This document shows positions 35,925 to 48,085 of a stretch of 64,000 bases of DNA, in pieces. A model generated the notes under the pieces. That model was not told the origin of the DNA. It made no database searches and was given only the letters and a program-made list of their open reading frames with translations. The translations under genes were made by a program, and so were the position numbers. Numbering within the stretch: position 1 is the first letter of the stretch; each line of letters opens with the position of its first letter. The DNA is from Chiloscyllium plagiosum (lineage: Eukaryota). Location: NCBI RefSeq assembly GCF_004010195.1, contig NC_057737.1, forward strand, positions 25,222,519 to 25,286,518. The letters are read 5' to 3'.

Positions 35925-38097
35925 TATCAGAATGTACAGCACGGAGACAGACCCTTCGGTTGAACTCGTCCATGCCAACCAGATATCCCACCTAATCTAG
36001 TCCCATTTACCAGCACTTGGCCCATATCCCTCTAAACCCTTCCTTTTCATTTGCCCATCCAGATGCCTTTTAAATGTTGCAATTGTACCACTTCCTCTGG
36101 CAATTCATTGCATACACGCACCACCCATGAGGAAGTTGCCACTTAGGTCCCTTTTAAATATTTCCTCTCTCACCCTAAACCTTGGCTTTCTAGTTCTGGA
36201 CTCCCCCACCCCAGGGAAAAAACTTTGTCTATTTATCCTATCCATGCCCCTCATACTTTTATAAACCTCTATGAGGTCACCCCTCAGCCTTCGACACTCC
36301 AGGGAAAACAGCTCCAACCTATTCAATCTCTCCCTATAGCTCAAATCCTCCAATCTGGCAACATCCTTATAAATCTTTTCTGAACCCTTTCAAGTTTCAC
36401 AACATCCTTCCAATTTGAAGGAGACCAGAATTGCACACACTATTCCAAAAGTGGCCTAACCAATGTACAGTTGCAACCTAACCTCCCAACTCCTGTACTC
36501 AATGTTTTGACCAATTAAGACAAACATATCAAACGCCACCTTCATTATCCTATCGACCTGCGACTCTACTTTCAAGGAGCTATGAACCTGCACTCCAAGG
36601 TCTCTCTGTTCAGCGACACTCCTTTGGACCCTACCATTAAGTGTATAAGTCCTGCTAAGGTTTGCTTCACAAAATGCAGCACTTCACATTTATCTGAATT
36701 AAACTCCATCTGCCACTCATCAGCCCATTGGCCCATCTGATGAAGACCCCATTGTAATCTGAGGTAACCTTCGCTGCCCACTACGCCTCCAATTTTGGTG
36801 TCATCTGCAAACTTATTAACTATACCCCCTATGTTCATATCCAAATTACATAAATGACGAAAAGTAGTGGACCCAGCACCAATCCTTGTGGCACTCCACT
36901 GTTCACAAGCATCCAATCTGAAAAAACAATGCTCCACCACCACCACTCTTCTACCTTAGAGCCAGTTCTGTATCCAAATGGCTAGTTCTCCTTCTATTCC
37001 ATGAGATCTAACCTTGCTAATCAGTCAACCATGAGGAACCTTGTCGAATGTGTTACTGAAGTCCATGTAGATCATGTCCACCCCTCTGCTCTCGTCAATC
37101 CTCTTGGTTACTTGTTCAAAAAACTCAATCAAGTTTGTGAGACATGATTTCCCACACACAAAGCCATGTTGACTATCTCTAATCAGTCCTCGCCTTTTCA
37201 AATATGTGTAAATCCCGTCCCTCAGGATTCCCTCCAACAACTCACCCACCACTGAAATCAGGCTCACTGATCTATAGTTCCCTGGCTTGTCCGGAGCACC
37301 TTTCTTAAATAATAGTACCACGTTAGCCAACCTGCAGTATTCTGGCACCTCACTTGTGACTATTGATGATACAAATATCTCAGCAAGGGGCCCAGCAATC
37401 ACTTTCCTAGCTTCCCACAGGGTACACCTGATCAGGTCCTGGGGATTTATCCACTTTTATGTGTTTCAAGACATCCAGCACTTCCTTCTCTGTAATATGG
37501 ACACTTTTCAACATGTCATCATCTATTTTCCCACATTCTATATCTTCCATGACCTTCTCCACAGTAAACACTGATGCAACATAATTGTTTAGTATCTTCC
37601 CCCATCTCCTGTAGCTCCACACAGAGGCTCCCTGCTGATCCTTGAGAAGCCCTATTCGCTCACTAGTTGGCCCTTTGTCCTCTTCAGATTCTCCTTAACT
37701 CTGTTTGCCAAAGCTATCTCATGTCCACTTTTTGCCCTCCGAATTTCCCTCTTAAGTATACTTCTACTGCCTTTATACTCTTGTAAGGATTCACTTGATG
37801 TCTCCTGTCTATACCTGACATGCTTCTTTCTTTTTCTTAACCAAACCCTCAATTTCTCTAGTCATCCAGCATTCCCTGCATCTACCAGCCTTTCCTTTCA
37901 TCCTAATAGAAATATACTATCTCTTGACTCTCGTTATCTCATTTCTGAAGGCTTCCCATTTTCCAACCCGTCCCTTTACCTGCGAACATCTGCACCCAAT
38001 CAGCTTTTGAAAGTTCTTGCCTGATACCGTCAAAATTAGCCTTCTTCCAACTTAGAATTTCAACTGTTAAATCTTGTCTATCGTCTTCTATCACTAT
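35925..38097 (-). mobile_element. CR1/HER1 LINE, ~2.2 kb ORF2 pseudogene truncated by the assembly gap
   Basis: RT motifs KSPGPD, PGNYRSVSLIS, QHGFVCGKSCLTNL, YMDFSNTFDKVPH, KFADDTK, with frameshifts and stops. Confidence 0.95.
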
Positions 38098-38597
38098 NNN
38101 NNNNNNNNNNNNNNNNNNNNNNNNNNNNNNNNNNNNNNNNNNNNNNNNNNNNNNNNNNNNNNNNNNNNNNNNNNNNNNNNNNNNNNNNNNNNNNNNNNNN
38201 NNNNNNNNNNNNNNNNNNNNNNNNNNNNNNNNNNNNNNNNNNNNNNNNNNNNNNNNNNNNNNNNNNNNNNNNNNNNNNNNNNNNNNNNNNNNNNNNNNNN
38301 NNNNNNNNNNNNNNNNNNNNNNNNNNNNNNNNNNNNNNNNNNNNNNNNNNNNNNNNNNNNNNNNNNNNNNNNNNNNNNNNNNNNNNNNNNNNNNNNNNNN
38401 NNNNNNNNNNNNNNNNNNNNNNNNNNNNNNNNNNNNNNNNNNNNNNNNNNNNNNNNNNNNNNNNNNNNNNNNNNNNNNNNNNNNNNNNNNNNNNNNNNNN
38501 NNNNNNNNNNNNNNNNNNNNNNNNNNNNNNNNNNNNNNNNNNNNNNNNNNNNNNNNNNNNNNNNNNNNNNNNNNNNNNNNNNNNNNNNNNNNNNNNN
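38098..38597. other. Assembly gap (500 N)
   Basis: Run of N; the round size suggests a scaffolding placeholder. Confidence 0.99.
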
Positions 38598-41320
38598 AAG
38601 TGGTTGAGGTCTTTGTATTTTTTTTTTAGTTTTTAACAGTGTATACCTAGGTAGTAAAGTTAATAAAATATATAAAAAGCAACACAGGTAAATTAATAAT
38701 GTAATTAAATAATTAACTGAAATGCATTAAGTATGTTAGGGCACGTGATATGTCAAGATTACAGTATGTGGGATTTCGAGTTCCAAACTGGGATGCCAGT
38801 TTGGTTCAGAGCACATCTGTGGCAAGTTATGAGCTGGAAACTGAACTACAGGTGCTGCAATGCATCAGGAAATGGAAAGGTTTCTAAATTTGATTTGGTC
38901 TTTCTGTGAACTGCAGTGGTTCAAGAAGGCAGCTCACCAGCACCTTCTCAGGGGCAATTAGGGACAGGCAATAAATGTTGCTCAGCCAGTGATGCCCACA
39001 CCCTACAAGTTAATAATTAAAAAAAATTCAGGGATTGGAATGTATGACCGCAAATAAAACAGTTAAGGGGAGATATGAGGGCAGAAGCCTCGGCCTTCAC
39101 AATTGACAACAGGTGTATGGTTCTTTCAGCTTGGCTGGATGATAGGACTACATGGTGAATGAGCTAACTGACCACTTGTTGCAGGAAGTCATTCAAGAGG
39201 AGGGAGGTGGATGTAATCTAGTGGTTATAGAGGTGAGGGGGATGGACAGACCACTGCAGCAAGGAGCATGAACCTAAATGTCGGTGTTGCCTGTCTCATT
39301 CCAAGGTTTGAGATATCTGCTTAAGGCTTGAAAGGATCCAGGGTCCAGTCGTTGTGGTTCATAGGCAGGACAAAGGCGTTTCCATGTCGTCAATAAGATT
39401 TGTTCAGTGTAGAACTAAGCAGTAGAACCTCGAGGTAGAATCACTGAATTATTACCTGTCCCATCTGCAAATTGGTGTAGGCCATATCAGATTACCGAGA
39501 TGAATGCATGTCTTAAACACTAGTGTTGGGAAAGTAGTTTCTGGTTTGTGGGTACATTCACATACTGGGAAAGTAGGATCTGTATCGCTTGGGCAGTCTC
39601 CATTGACACCATGCTGGAGCTTGTGCAGTTGCCAACCGCAAAGCCAGACAAGTCGTAGATAGGATTTAAAACTAATTAGTAGGAATAAATGATCAAATTA
39701 GGGAAGATGTGATAAATCAAAGAGTAGAGTTGAGGCCAAAGAGAAAGGTATTAATATGGTAAATGGTGAAAAATGTAGGGCAGAAAAGGACAGATTCATG
39801 TTGTTTCAGCCAACAGATCAGACGACTTTTAAAAGGCAATGAAAGGATAGAATTAAAGGCCCTATATTTGAATGCGTGTAAGGTTAGATATATAAAAAAA
39901 ATGATCTGGTAGCCATTCCCATGACATGGATTGGAACCTGAATCTTAAGGCACAAGGCATTTCGGGATGACGGCTTACTCGGAGAAGGTGGAGGGGTGGC
40001 TGTGCTAGTTAATTACAGTATGAGCACAAGAGAGAGGTATACCTAAGTTCAGGATACCAATATGTTGGAGCAGTTGGAATGAGAAATCATAAAGGCAAGG
40101 AGTCCCTGGTAGAAGTGGTGTACAGGTTCCCTAACCATTACTACGCGATAGGATGAAACAGAAAAGGGAAAAAAAGAGAACCTTGAACATTTAATGCTCA
40201 GATTAAAAGTCAGGTTGACAAGGTTGGCTGAGATGAGTTTGTCTTTGGGCTCGTTCCTCAGAACTCTTCTGAACCAGACCAGAGACTGGCTATGTTAGGC
40301 TTGGTATACTGTATGAGATGGGATTAGTTAATCTCATAGTGAAGCCAGTGCTAGCTAAGAGTAGCAGTAATATGATTGGATTTTACCTTCAGTTTGAGGT
40401 AGAGAAGAATGGATGTCATGCTATTTCTCTTCAAACTTAAATACAATTATGAACCATGAAAGCAGAACTTGATAATGTGAATTTGCAAATTAGATTCAAG
40501 TATACATTGGATGTAGTGGCAGATATTAAGGGGATGTTTCAGAATGTACAGAATAGATAGGTTCCAACAAGTAAGAAAAATCCTAAGGGATGGATCCACT
40601 ATCTGTGGTTAACTAAAAAGAGCAAGATAGTATCAAATTAAAACAGATGGTGTATAATTATGTAAAAACAGGTGCCAGGTCAGAAGGTTGGATGGAATAC
40701 AAGAAACAGCAAAGAATGACTAATAGTTTAATAGAGGGAAATATTTGAGTGTCAGAGAAAGGTTAGTAAGCTGTATGAAAACAGACAGTAAGAGTTTCTG
40801 TAATTATTGAAAAAGAGTTAGTATAGTTAGCATTTATCTCATTGAAAGCCAGACTGTAGCATTAGTAATGGAAAATAAGAGAACGGAAATGACACGTGAA
40901 TTGAAGAAATACATAAGATACAAGCAACATCTCAGAATCAACTGTAAATCAAAAAATGCAAGGAATGGAGAAACTCGGGACAATCACAATCACCAGAGAA
41001 ATGATATGGAGTAAACAATTGGAGCTACAGGTTGACAAATCTTCAAGTCCTAATGGACTTCATCCTCGGTCTTAAAAGGAATGGGTGAGATAATTGGTGC
41101 ATTGGTTTTAATTTTCTAAATTGGGGGATGGTCCTATAAAGTTGAATGATAGTGAGTCTAACTGAAATTGCTGGAGAAACTCAGCAGGTCTGGCAGCATC
41201 TGTAGAGCAAGAAACCATTAACATTTAGAATCTGATTACTTTATTCAAAAAGGAAGGAGGAAGAAAAGAAATTAGAGGCTCATTAACTTAATATCTGTTA
41301 AAGGGAATATGGTAGCTGCA
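38598..41320 (+). mobile_element. Highly decayed CR1, 5' UTR/ORF1 through ORF2 endonuclease and linker, with nested L2 3' end (~38905-39025)
   Basis: Residual similarity to 57165-58900 (ggtggaggggtggc; gttgacaaatcttcaagtcctaatggacttcatcctcgg corresponding to KSPGPDGLHPR). Confidence 0.65.
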
Positions 41321-41561
41321 GTATTAGCTGTTTTTGTCAATATTTCTTGGCCCTTATAAATTTTTTTGACATAACAGATTGTTGAGCTAATTGATCCAAG
41401 ATGGGGATGGGCCATAGTTTCTGTGCGTATATGTGTGATATGTATATATTGTATGCTGACTGCTCATGGGCTGTATATCAGTTTTTTTGAGATTTCTGTC
41501 TGCACCACCGATTACCAATTCCAGTATAAACCAAAATGGAGATTTAGAAAATCTTCAAACT

Positions 41562-41668
41562 TTGCTCACTTTGTCAGTGCCTATACTAAAATTAGAATGA
41601 TACAAAAACAGACAAGCATGTTCTCTGCATAAGGATGACATGCATGTTTGTGAAGTGTTCCTTTTTTT
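41562..41668 (+). pseudogene. RNU6 (pseudogene): U6 snRNA full-length decayed copy
   Basis: tTGCTCaCTTtGtCAGtgCcTATACTAAAATTaGAAtGATACAaA...AGCATG...AAGGATGACAtGCA..TtGTGAAGtGTTCC-T-run aligns end to end with U6. The ACAGAGA box is mutated and many CpG transitions are present. Confidence 0.92.
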
Positions 41669-41671
41669 AGG

Positions 41672-41792
41672 AGGGCTATCTTGTGATGCAAAGGAATGTC
41701 CCTTTCCGCTGGATCAGGAGGCCTGGTTTCAAGTCTCATCTGCTCCAGAAGTGTGCAATAACATCTCTGAACAGGTTGATTTAAAAAAAAAT
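41672..41792 (+). mobile_element. Short tRNA-derived SINE directly 3' of the U6 copy (same family as 13191-13335)
   Basis: Degenerate A/B boxes (ggtttcaagtctc), shared tail ctccagargtgtg...tgaacaggttgatt, then poly(A). Confidence 0.75.
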
Positions 41793-42222
41793 TAATTTAG
41801 AAAGAAAACCTTACTTTTATTTGTCGAGTAGCTTCCAAACCAAGTACAAGCAATAATATAGACTGGTAACCGTAAGTATTTATCAGTTGGTCTTGAAAAT
41901 AGTTCTGAAAGACAGGTGCTTAGGTTTTGACATTGAAGCTAGTCTAGTAACTTGATTTTTTATTATTATTGTTGGGCTTTTGAAAACAGTTGCACAAACT
42001 AGGAGAAAATAACTTGCATTCCTCAAACCGCCTGGATTTACCAATTAATCATAATGTCTATGCCAATTACTATTCAGTTTCCTGATTAGATGCATGGGTG
42101 TCCTTAATTAAAGTGAGAATTAAATGGGAATGTAATTTACAGAAATGCAGCCCCTATTTTCTCCAAAACGTATTACAATTATCTCCTGAAATGTATTTTA
42201 ACTTTGTGTGATCTTTTTACAG

Positions 42223-42341
42223 ATATTTTTAATCTCTTTGCAAATGAATCTGGGAGCTACGTTGTGCGAGAGGAAATGGAAACTATGCTTCGGGCTTGTG
42301 ACGGTGAGGTTCAGCTGGGAGTTAAGAAGTGCTTTGTTGAG
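42223..42341 (+). CDS. USP32: USP32 next internal coding exon (equivalent to human coding exon 4)
   Basis: Acceptor ctttttacAG (42221-22) and donor GTaggt (42342). 119 nt. The phase-1 join T|AT gives Tyr, then YIFNLFANESGSYVVREEMETMLRACDGEVQLGVKKCFVE, matching human YIFSLFSSESGNYVIREEMERMLHVVDGKVPDTLRKCFSE. Confidence 0.95.
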
Positions 42342-43017
42342 GTAGGTATTTGACACTTAGAATAACTATTCATCCTACTATCCAAAGCAAAACAAAACCT
42401 GAAACTGACAGCTACTGTAAATCTGAAACAAAAGCATAAAATATTAAATGCACAGATCTGTGGAAAGAAGTGACAAGCTAAAGTTTCAATGTGACATTTT
42501 AGTAGAAAAACAGTTACAGACTAACAACCCCCAAGATGGAATAGAATAATGGAATGAAGGGAACACACAACAGGAATCAAGAATATGCGGTGAAGTGATT
42601 AGCTGGAGAATAGGAGATGGGTCAACTGACAGAAGTTATAGTGCAAGACAAAAGCATGAATCAAAGGAATCTAAAGAGCCAGAAAACATCATTTTGGCTA
42701 GTGGGTAGTGGAGATAATGGAAAACTGGTGAAGTGGAGCAGGCTCCAGTAACCCAGGGATTTGCTTTACCATCTTTGCCCCAAATGCATTTATTTTGACC
42801 AGCAGCATTTCCTTGTATTTTGGATGTATCCTCCTGTCTTCAGGACTGCTACCATCTGGGCATCTCCCTCTGACTTCTTAGTCTGTCTTGATCTTTGTAT
42901 TAAGAATACTTGTTGTATTTGTTTCTCCACTCTCTTTGCTTATTCTAATTTTAGGCCTCTCCCACATCCCCAGATTCAACCCCATGGTGTAACAGGCAGT
43001 AATCCATTCTAAAACTG

Positions 43018-43235
43018 ATGTGGAGGAGCCAGTTTAGTACTGGGGTGGACCAAGTTAAAAATCACAATGCTAGGTTATAGTCCAACAGGTTTTATTTGGA
43101 AGCACTAGATTTCGGAGCACTGCTCCTTCACCAGGTAACTGTGCACAGCTACCTGATGAAGGAGCAGTATTCTGAAAGCTAGTGCTTCCAAATAAAACCT
43201 GTTGGACAAGAAGCTGGTGTTGTGTGATTTTTAAC
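43018..43235. mobile_element. Palindromic short element, second hammerhead family (one motif per arm)
   Basis: ~180 bp palindrome (43054-43235) centred on TGTGCACA (43140-47). Right arm agctac-CTGATGA-aggagcagtattct-GAAA-GCTA-gtgct; left arm has the mirrored motif with CTGGTGA. Confidence 0.85.
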
Positions 43236-43984
43236 ATTCCAACATTGACATTGTTACCATCCTGTTGATAGGAAGCTCTTTGTGTGGTGGAAAGCTGTCA
43301 GTCACACTGCAAGGTAACTCTTAGAAAACCTTTGCCTCTGAGAGCATTAACCTATTACCAGAAAAGCAAGATACAATTTATCATTACTTGCCTCCTCTCT
43401 TCTGGGGATTTGTTTTCCTCAAACCTCCAAATTGAGCACCCCTATCCCGTGCAGCCTGCATAATCTCCCTACTGAACATAGACACCAGAACTGTCTCAGC
43501 ATCCTTATAATTTCTGCTTTCTCTTGGTCCAGAAAACTCATTCCTTTCTCCCTCGGCTCTATTTCTCTCCTTGTCTAATCTTCACACACCAATGCCTGCA
43601 ACTCTTCTATTTGTAATGGATGCCTGAATAAATTTCAATTTTATGGTTCCACTTACCTAATATATGCACACCACCCATGAGATGAATTAATCATAGAAGT
43701 GATGAATTGATGTATTTCATGTTTAGTACCATGTAGTGATGGTGTTGAGGTTTAGGGATGGGTGTAACTCATCACACTGCTAACCAAACAAAGTGATTAG
43801 CTGGATAGTAGGAGATGGATTAACTGACAAGTTGCAGTGCAAGACAAACTAACTGTGTTTATGAGAATATAATTCAGATGTGGAGTTTCTGGTGACCTGA
43901 AATTGAAAGACCACTTGCTAAATTAAATCTATAAAATAGTCCACCATTGTTCCCTTCTCTGCTGCTTTTTTGGATGAATTTAAA

Positions 43985-44064
43985 TGTCAATATGAGTAGA
44001 TCTGCTGGACTATTCTGCATGCGTGCATGTCAATGTGAGTAGATCTGCTGACTGTTCTGCATGC
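43985..44064. repeat. ~43-bp tandem duplication
   Basis: tgtcaatRtgagtagatctgctg.act.ttctgcatgc occurs twice (starts 43985 and 44028). Confidence 0.85.
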
Positions 44065-44169
44065 TTAGGGTATGAGAATGGTGGTCTGTACTGTATGGCT
44101 GCCTTTTAGGTTTCAAATGTGCCATTTTGCCAGGCTAGTACCTTTGTAGTGAGGATAGTGATCCAATTG

Positions 44170-44630
44170 TCATGAGTTTGGTGAGCATCACAAATTACAT
44201 CTCCAGAGATGAGAGGTTTGTATAATGAAGAGAGATTGAGCAGTTTAGGCCTGTACACTCTGGGGTCGAGAACAAGGGGAGGAAATCTAATTGAGACACA
44301 TAAGATGCTCAAGGGGATTGACAAAGTAAACATAAAATGTTTCTCCTTGTGGAACAATCTACAATGAGACCTCATAAGGGATAGCAGATTTTAAAGCTAG
44401 TGAGAAAATACTTCTCTCAAAGGGTTGTGAATCTATGGAATACACTACCCCAGAGTGTGGTAGATGCTGAGACATTTACTAAGTTTCAGGAGTTGAAGTC
44501 TAAATAGCAATGGGTTGAAGAGTTTTGGAGAAAGGGCAGGAAAGTGGAGTTGAAGCCAAGATGAGGTCAATCATGGTCATATCAAGTGGTGGAGCAGGCT
44601 CATTGCCTACGCCTGCTCCTAGTTATCATA
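44170..44630 (+). mobile_element. CR1 3' fragment
   Basis: ERLSSLGLYTL...GGNLIETHKMLKGIDKV-like remnant plus 3' UTR. Confidence 0.75.
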
Positions 44631-47600
44631 CGGTTATCATTCAGGATGGCAGACTCCTACTCCTTGCTTATTCCTTTAACAGTGGACAAACCTGTCTCCA
44701 AATATATCACCATCCTTGCATCCAGCTGACCTTGTTCTCACATTGAAAATCTTTTCCTTTGAATCCAAATTTTTGCTGGAAACTTATGCTACTCTCATCC
44801 TACCCATGTCTGTTTTTGTGCAAGATATGTTAAATATTCTTTATACTATTTCCAATTGGTTCTTCTCCAATGTGTCCATTTTTATTTTTCATAATTTTGT
44901 CAAATTTTCTCCAGCATCCAAATTGACAGTATATTCTGCTTAAACGTTTCATTTTAATTTGCCTCTTTTACTTTTTCTCTACCTTGTGCTCACTCCAACT
45001 CTGATCTTTTCATCTTTGGCCTTCTGCACTGTGTCATTACGGTCGAACAGAAGCTCCAGATACAGCTGCTGAGCTTGTGCTTTCCATGTAGTGAGAGAAT
45101 ACAGGTGCAATGCCTCAGATCCAGCCAGCTGAAAAACTGGCACTGTCTTAAAAAGACCATACCACTTTTTCTAAGTTGTCATGCACATATTTGAATTATT
45201 ATTATTAGGTAAGTAGAATAACACTATTCAGGATAGCTGCTGAATTGGAGTAGTGACACACTAACCAGTTATCGACGTTGTGTGCCTGTCTTTTCCTGTG
45301 CTGCCATGTTGTCCAAACAACCCTCACACTAATTTGGGCACCGGCAAGATTTGAAATCCAGCATGGACATGATTCCAAGGCTGCCAATTTTGGGACACTA
45401 CGTGTAAAGCTATTTGAAATTTAAAATGCAAACCCAGACTCCCACATTCCCCATTTTCATCTTGGACAGTAAAGATTATACTAGCAGTGTCTTAACTCTG
45501 TCTAAGATAGTGATTGCTTGGCATCAGTGCTCAAAATGAACAGAAACAGCAGGCGAGTTTGCTTCCCAAAGTCCAACACATGACTGAAAAAAAATCAATA
45601 ATGGGAATGTCAGAGAAAGATCACCCCTGTACCTGGACTTTGCTAAACTGTACATAAATCATAGAATCTGCAAGGGGCTCCTCAAATTCTGTATCCCTAA
45701 TGCTGTATCACAAGTTGTTTCTCACTCAATTGCTGTTGATAGGTCACTAATAATGGTGAGTGGGAGAGAAAAGAAGGCTCCAAGAGAGGGTGGGAAAGGG
45801 AGGAGGTTCCAGCATGGAAGTGGTAGTGGCAAGGAGTGGGGTTGAAGGAGAGAGAAACCTGTCAACAAAAGACTATTCAACTATCTGGGAACCAGGAAAA
45901 CCTGAAATCACTGAAGTAATGAATTCCTTGAAAAAGAATATGTAATCTCTGCCTTTAGTCTGCATATGTTCAGGAGCTACTAAACTTGAAAATGTATATA
46001 ATGGGTGCTTTTATAATAAACACTTGTAATTATAAAATTGATTCTGGGATTGAAATCTGAGATACAATAAATAAGGTTGTAACTGCCTGGTTAAAAGATC
46101 CAGCTTTGTTTATACACAATGGAAATGTGTGCTATGATTTTTTTCAGTCTATGGAAGGTATGCTGACTGATGCTGCTTGTGTGTCAGAGTATATGTCACT
46201 TATTTTGAAAAATGTTTGTGTTAACTTATGCTTGTTGTCATGTTGCAATTTAAATACTGTAATTGAAAATTAATACTTTCCAGGAGTGTTGTGGCTTTAT
46301 GTTTAATGAAACGGTGATTATTTATTATATTGGTTAATTCTTCTAATTCTGCTTCTGTGCAAATCAAAATATTCCAAATCAACACAAAGACACATGGTGT
46401 TATTACTATGTGGCTGTGTCACTTAAGTCTGTGAGAATGAAAAAGGAGGCCCTGAAAATGAAAATGTCGGTCCCACAAATTGAAAAGTAGATATTGAGAA
46501 AATCTCAGGGTGAGTCTTTGAGGAAAGAAGCATAATTTTGTCCCCTCTTGACATGAATATGCCCTTAAGTATTTGTCAATCTATTGACCAGATTTCAGTT
46601 TCCATCCAGTCACTGACCCTAAGTACAATAACTGATGTACGTCAGGACCTGAAAGCAAAGTGGAATTTCTGAGGAGTTTAAACTTCTGATGAGCAATTTT
46701 CTTGCTCCCTGTGAGTATGAATATCTGATCTAGAGTCAGAGACTTGGGTGAAATCCATATTACAAGATGTGGATCGTTACATGGAAAACATAGACTGTGG
46801 GCTAACCAAAGGTTGCCATGAACAACTGCAAGAGAGTTCTTATCATTTTTTTTCTCTCTAACTGAATGACTCAACCTGGAGACTTGCCTCCCATGGCATT
46901 ACAAAGATACTCCTTGTTTTTAACGATTACTATAATCTCCTCAACCCTCTGCATTTCATCACCCTTCCTCTTACCACAATCTTTTCCCCACCAGCTCTTG
47001 GCCTTGTCTTTGAGGAGCTATAACTATTTTCTAGCCTTGAAATCCAGTCCTGTGGGAGAACGTTTGGGAATCTTGTGTTGGACAGTTGAAAACATTGACA
47101 GTTGAGTGGCTCCATAACTGATGATTGTATTTGCTCCTCTGATCATCTGACTACCCCCAATCAAGCTGATATGACTACAAACTGCTACTCTTGCAAAATG
47201 ATCTTACCTGCTAGCCAAAGGACACCTTCCACATCTTGTCTAGATTTGGACTGTGTTTATCGTCATTAACAACCATGTTTGATCTTGGTTTTCTTGGAGT
47301 TTCTCTAGTATTTTTGAGTAACTTCTGTATGTTAGAGTAGTCATTCTATTTTCCCCAAAATTGGTAACCATTAAAGATTTGAGTACAACACTTCTGTGCA
47401 AGACAACGTTCAAATATGGAAGTGGGAGTAAACCATTTGGCCCATTAAGACCACTCTGCAACATATCATGGCTGATCCTCTAACTCCAATGCTCTCTTTC
47501 CCATACTCCCTGACAGTTTTAGCTTATAGAAATCTTAACTTTATTTCTTAGGTATACTCAATGCCTTCACCTCCACAGTCTTCTGTGGTAGAAAATTCCA

Positions 47601-47775
47601 TCGGTTCACCACCCTCTGTAAGGATATTTTTCCCATCAGTCTAAAACTGGCTTGTTGTATATCCTGAGACATTGACAGTTTGATCTGGACCCCCAGCATC
47701 TCTGCATTGTGTGTACAGCTCTGTGGACATTTTAAGTTTCAATGCAATCTACCCTCAACCCCCCGCCCCTCATTT

Positions 47776-48085
47776 GGGGCGCCACAGTGGCTCAGTAGTT
47801 AGCACTGCTGCCTCATAGGGCCAGCGACCCAGGTTCGATTCCAGCCTTGCGCGACTGTGCAAACTCCACACAGACGTTCTCACTGTATCTGTGTGGGTTT
47901 CCTCCCACAGTCCAAAGATGCGCAGGTTAGGTGAATTGTCCGTGCTAAATTGCTCATAATGTTCAGGGATGTGTAGGTGAGGTGCATTAGACAGGGATAG
48001 ATATAGAGTAATAGGGTAGGAGCATGGGTCTGGGTGAGTTACTCTTCGGAGGACTGGTGTGGACTTGTTTGGCTGAAGACTTTTT
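47776..48085 (+). mobile_element. HE1-like SINE nested in an old CR1
   Basis: Homologous to 4692-4992; B box ggttcgattcc. Confidence 0.85.

Noticed and set aside
36105-37852. Active reverse transcriptase gene
   Set aside because: CR1 ORF2 is broken into several frames by stops and frameshifts.
38074-38607. 177-aa ORF
   Set aside because: It is a translation of the N gap.
41562-41668. Functional U6 gene
   Set aside because: ACAGAGA box and internal stem-loop are mutated, CpG decay is present, and no convincing PSE was seen. A tataaa at ~41525 alone is insufficient.
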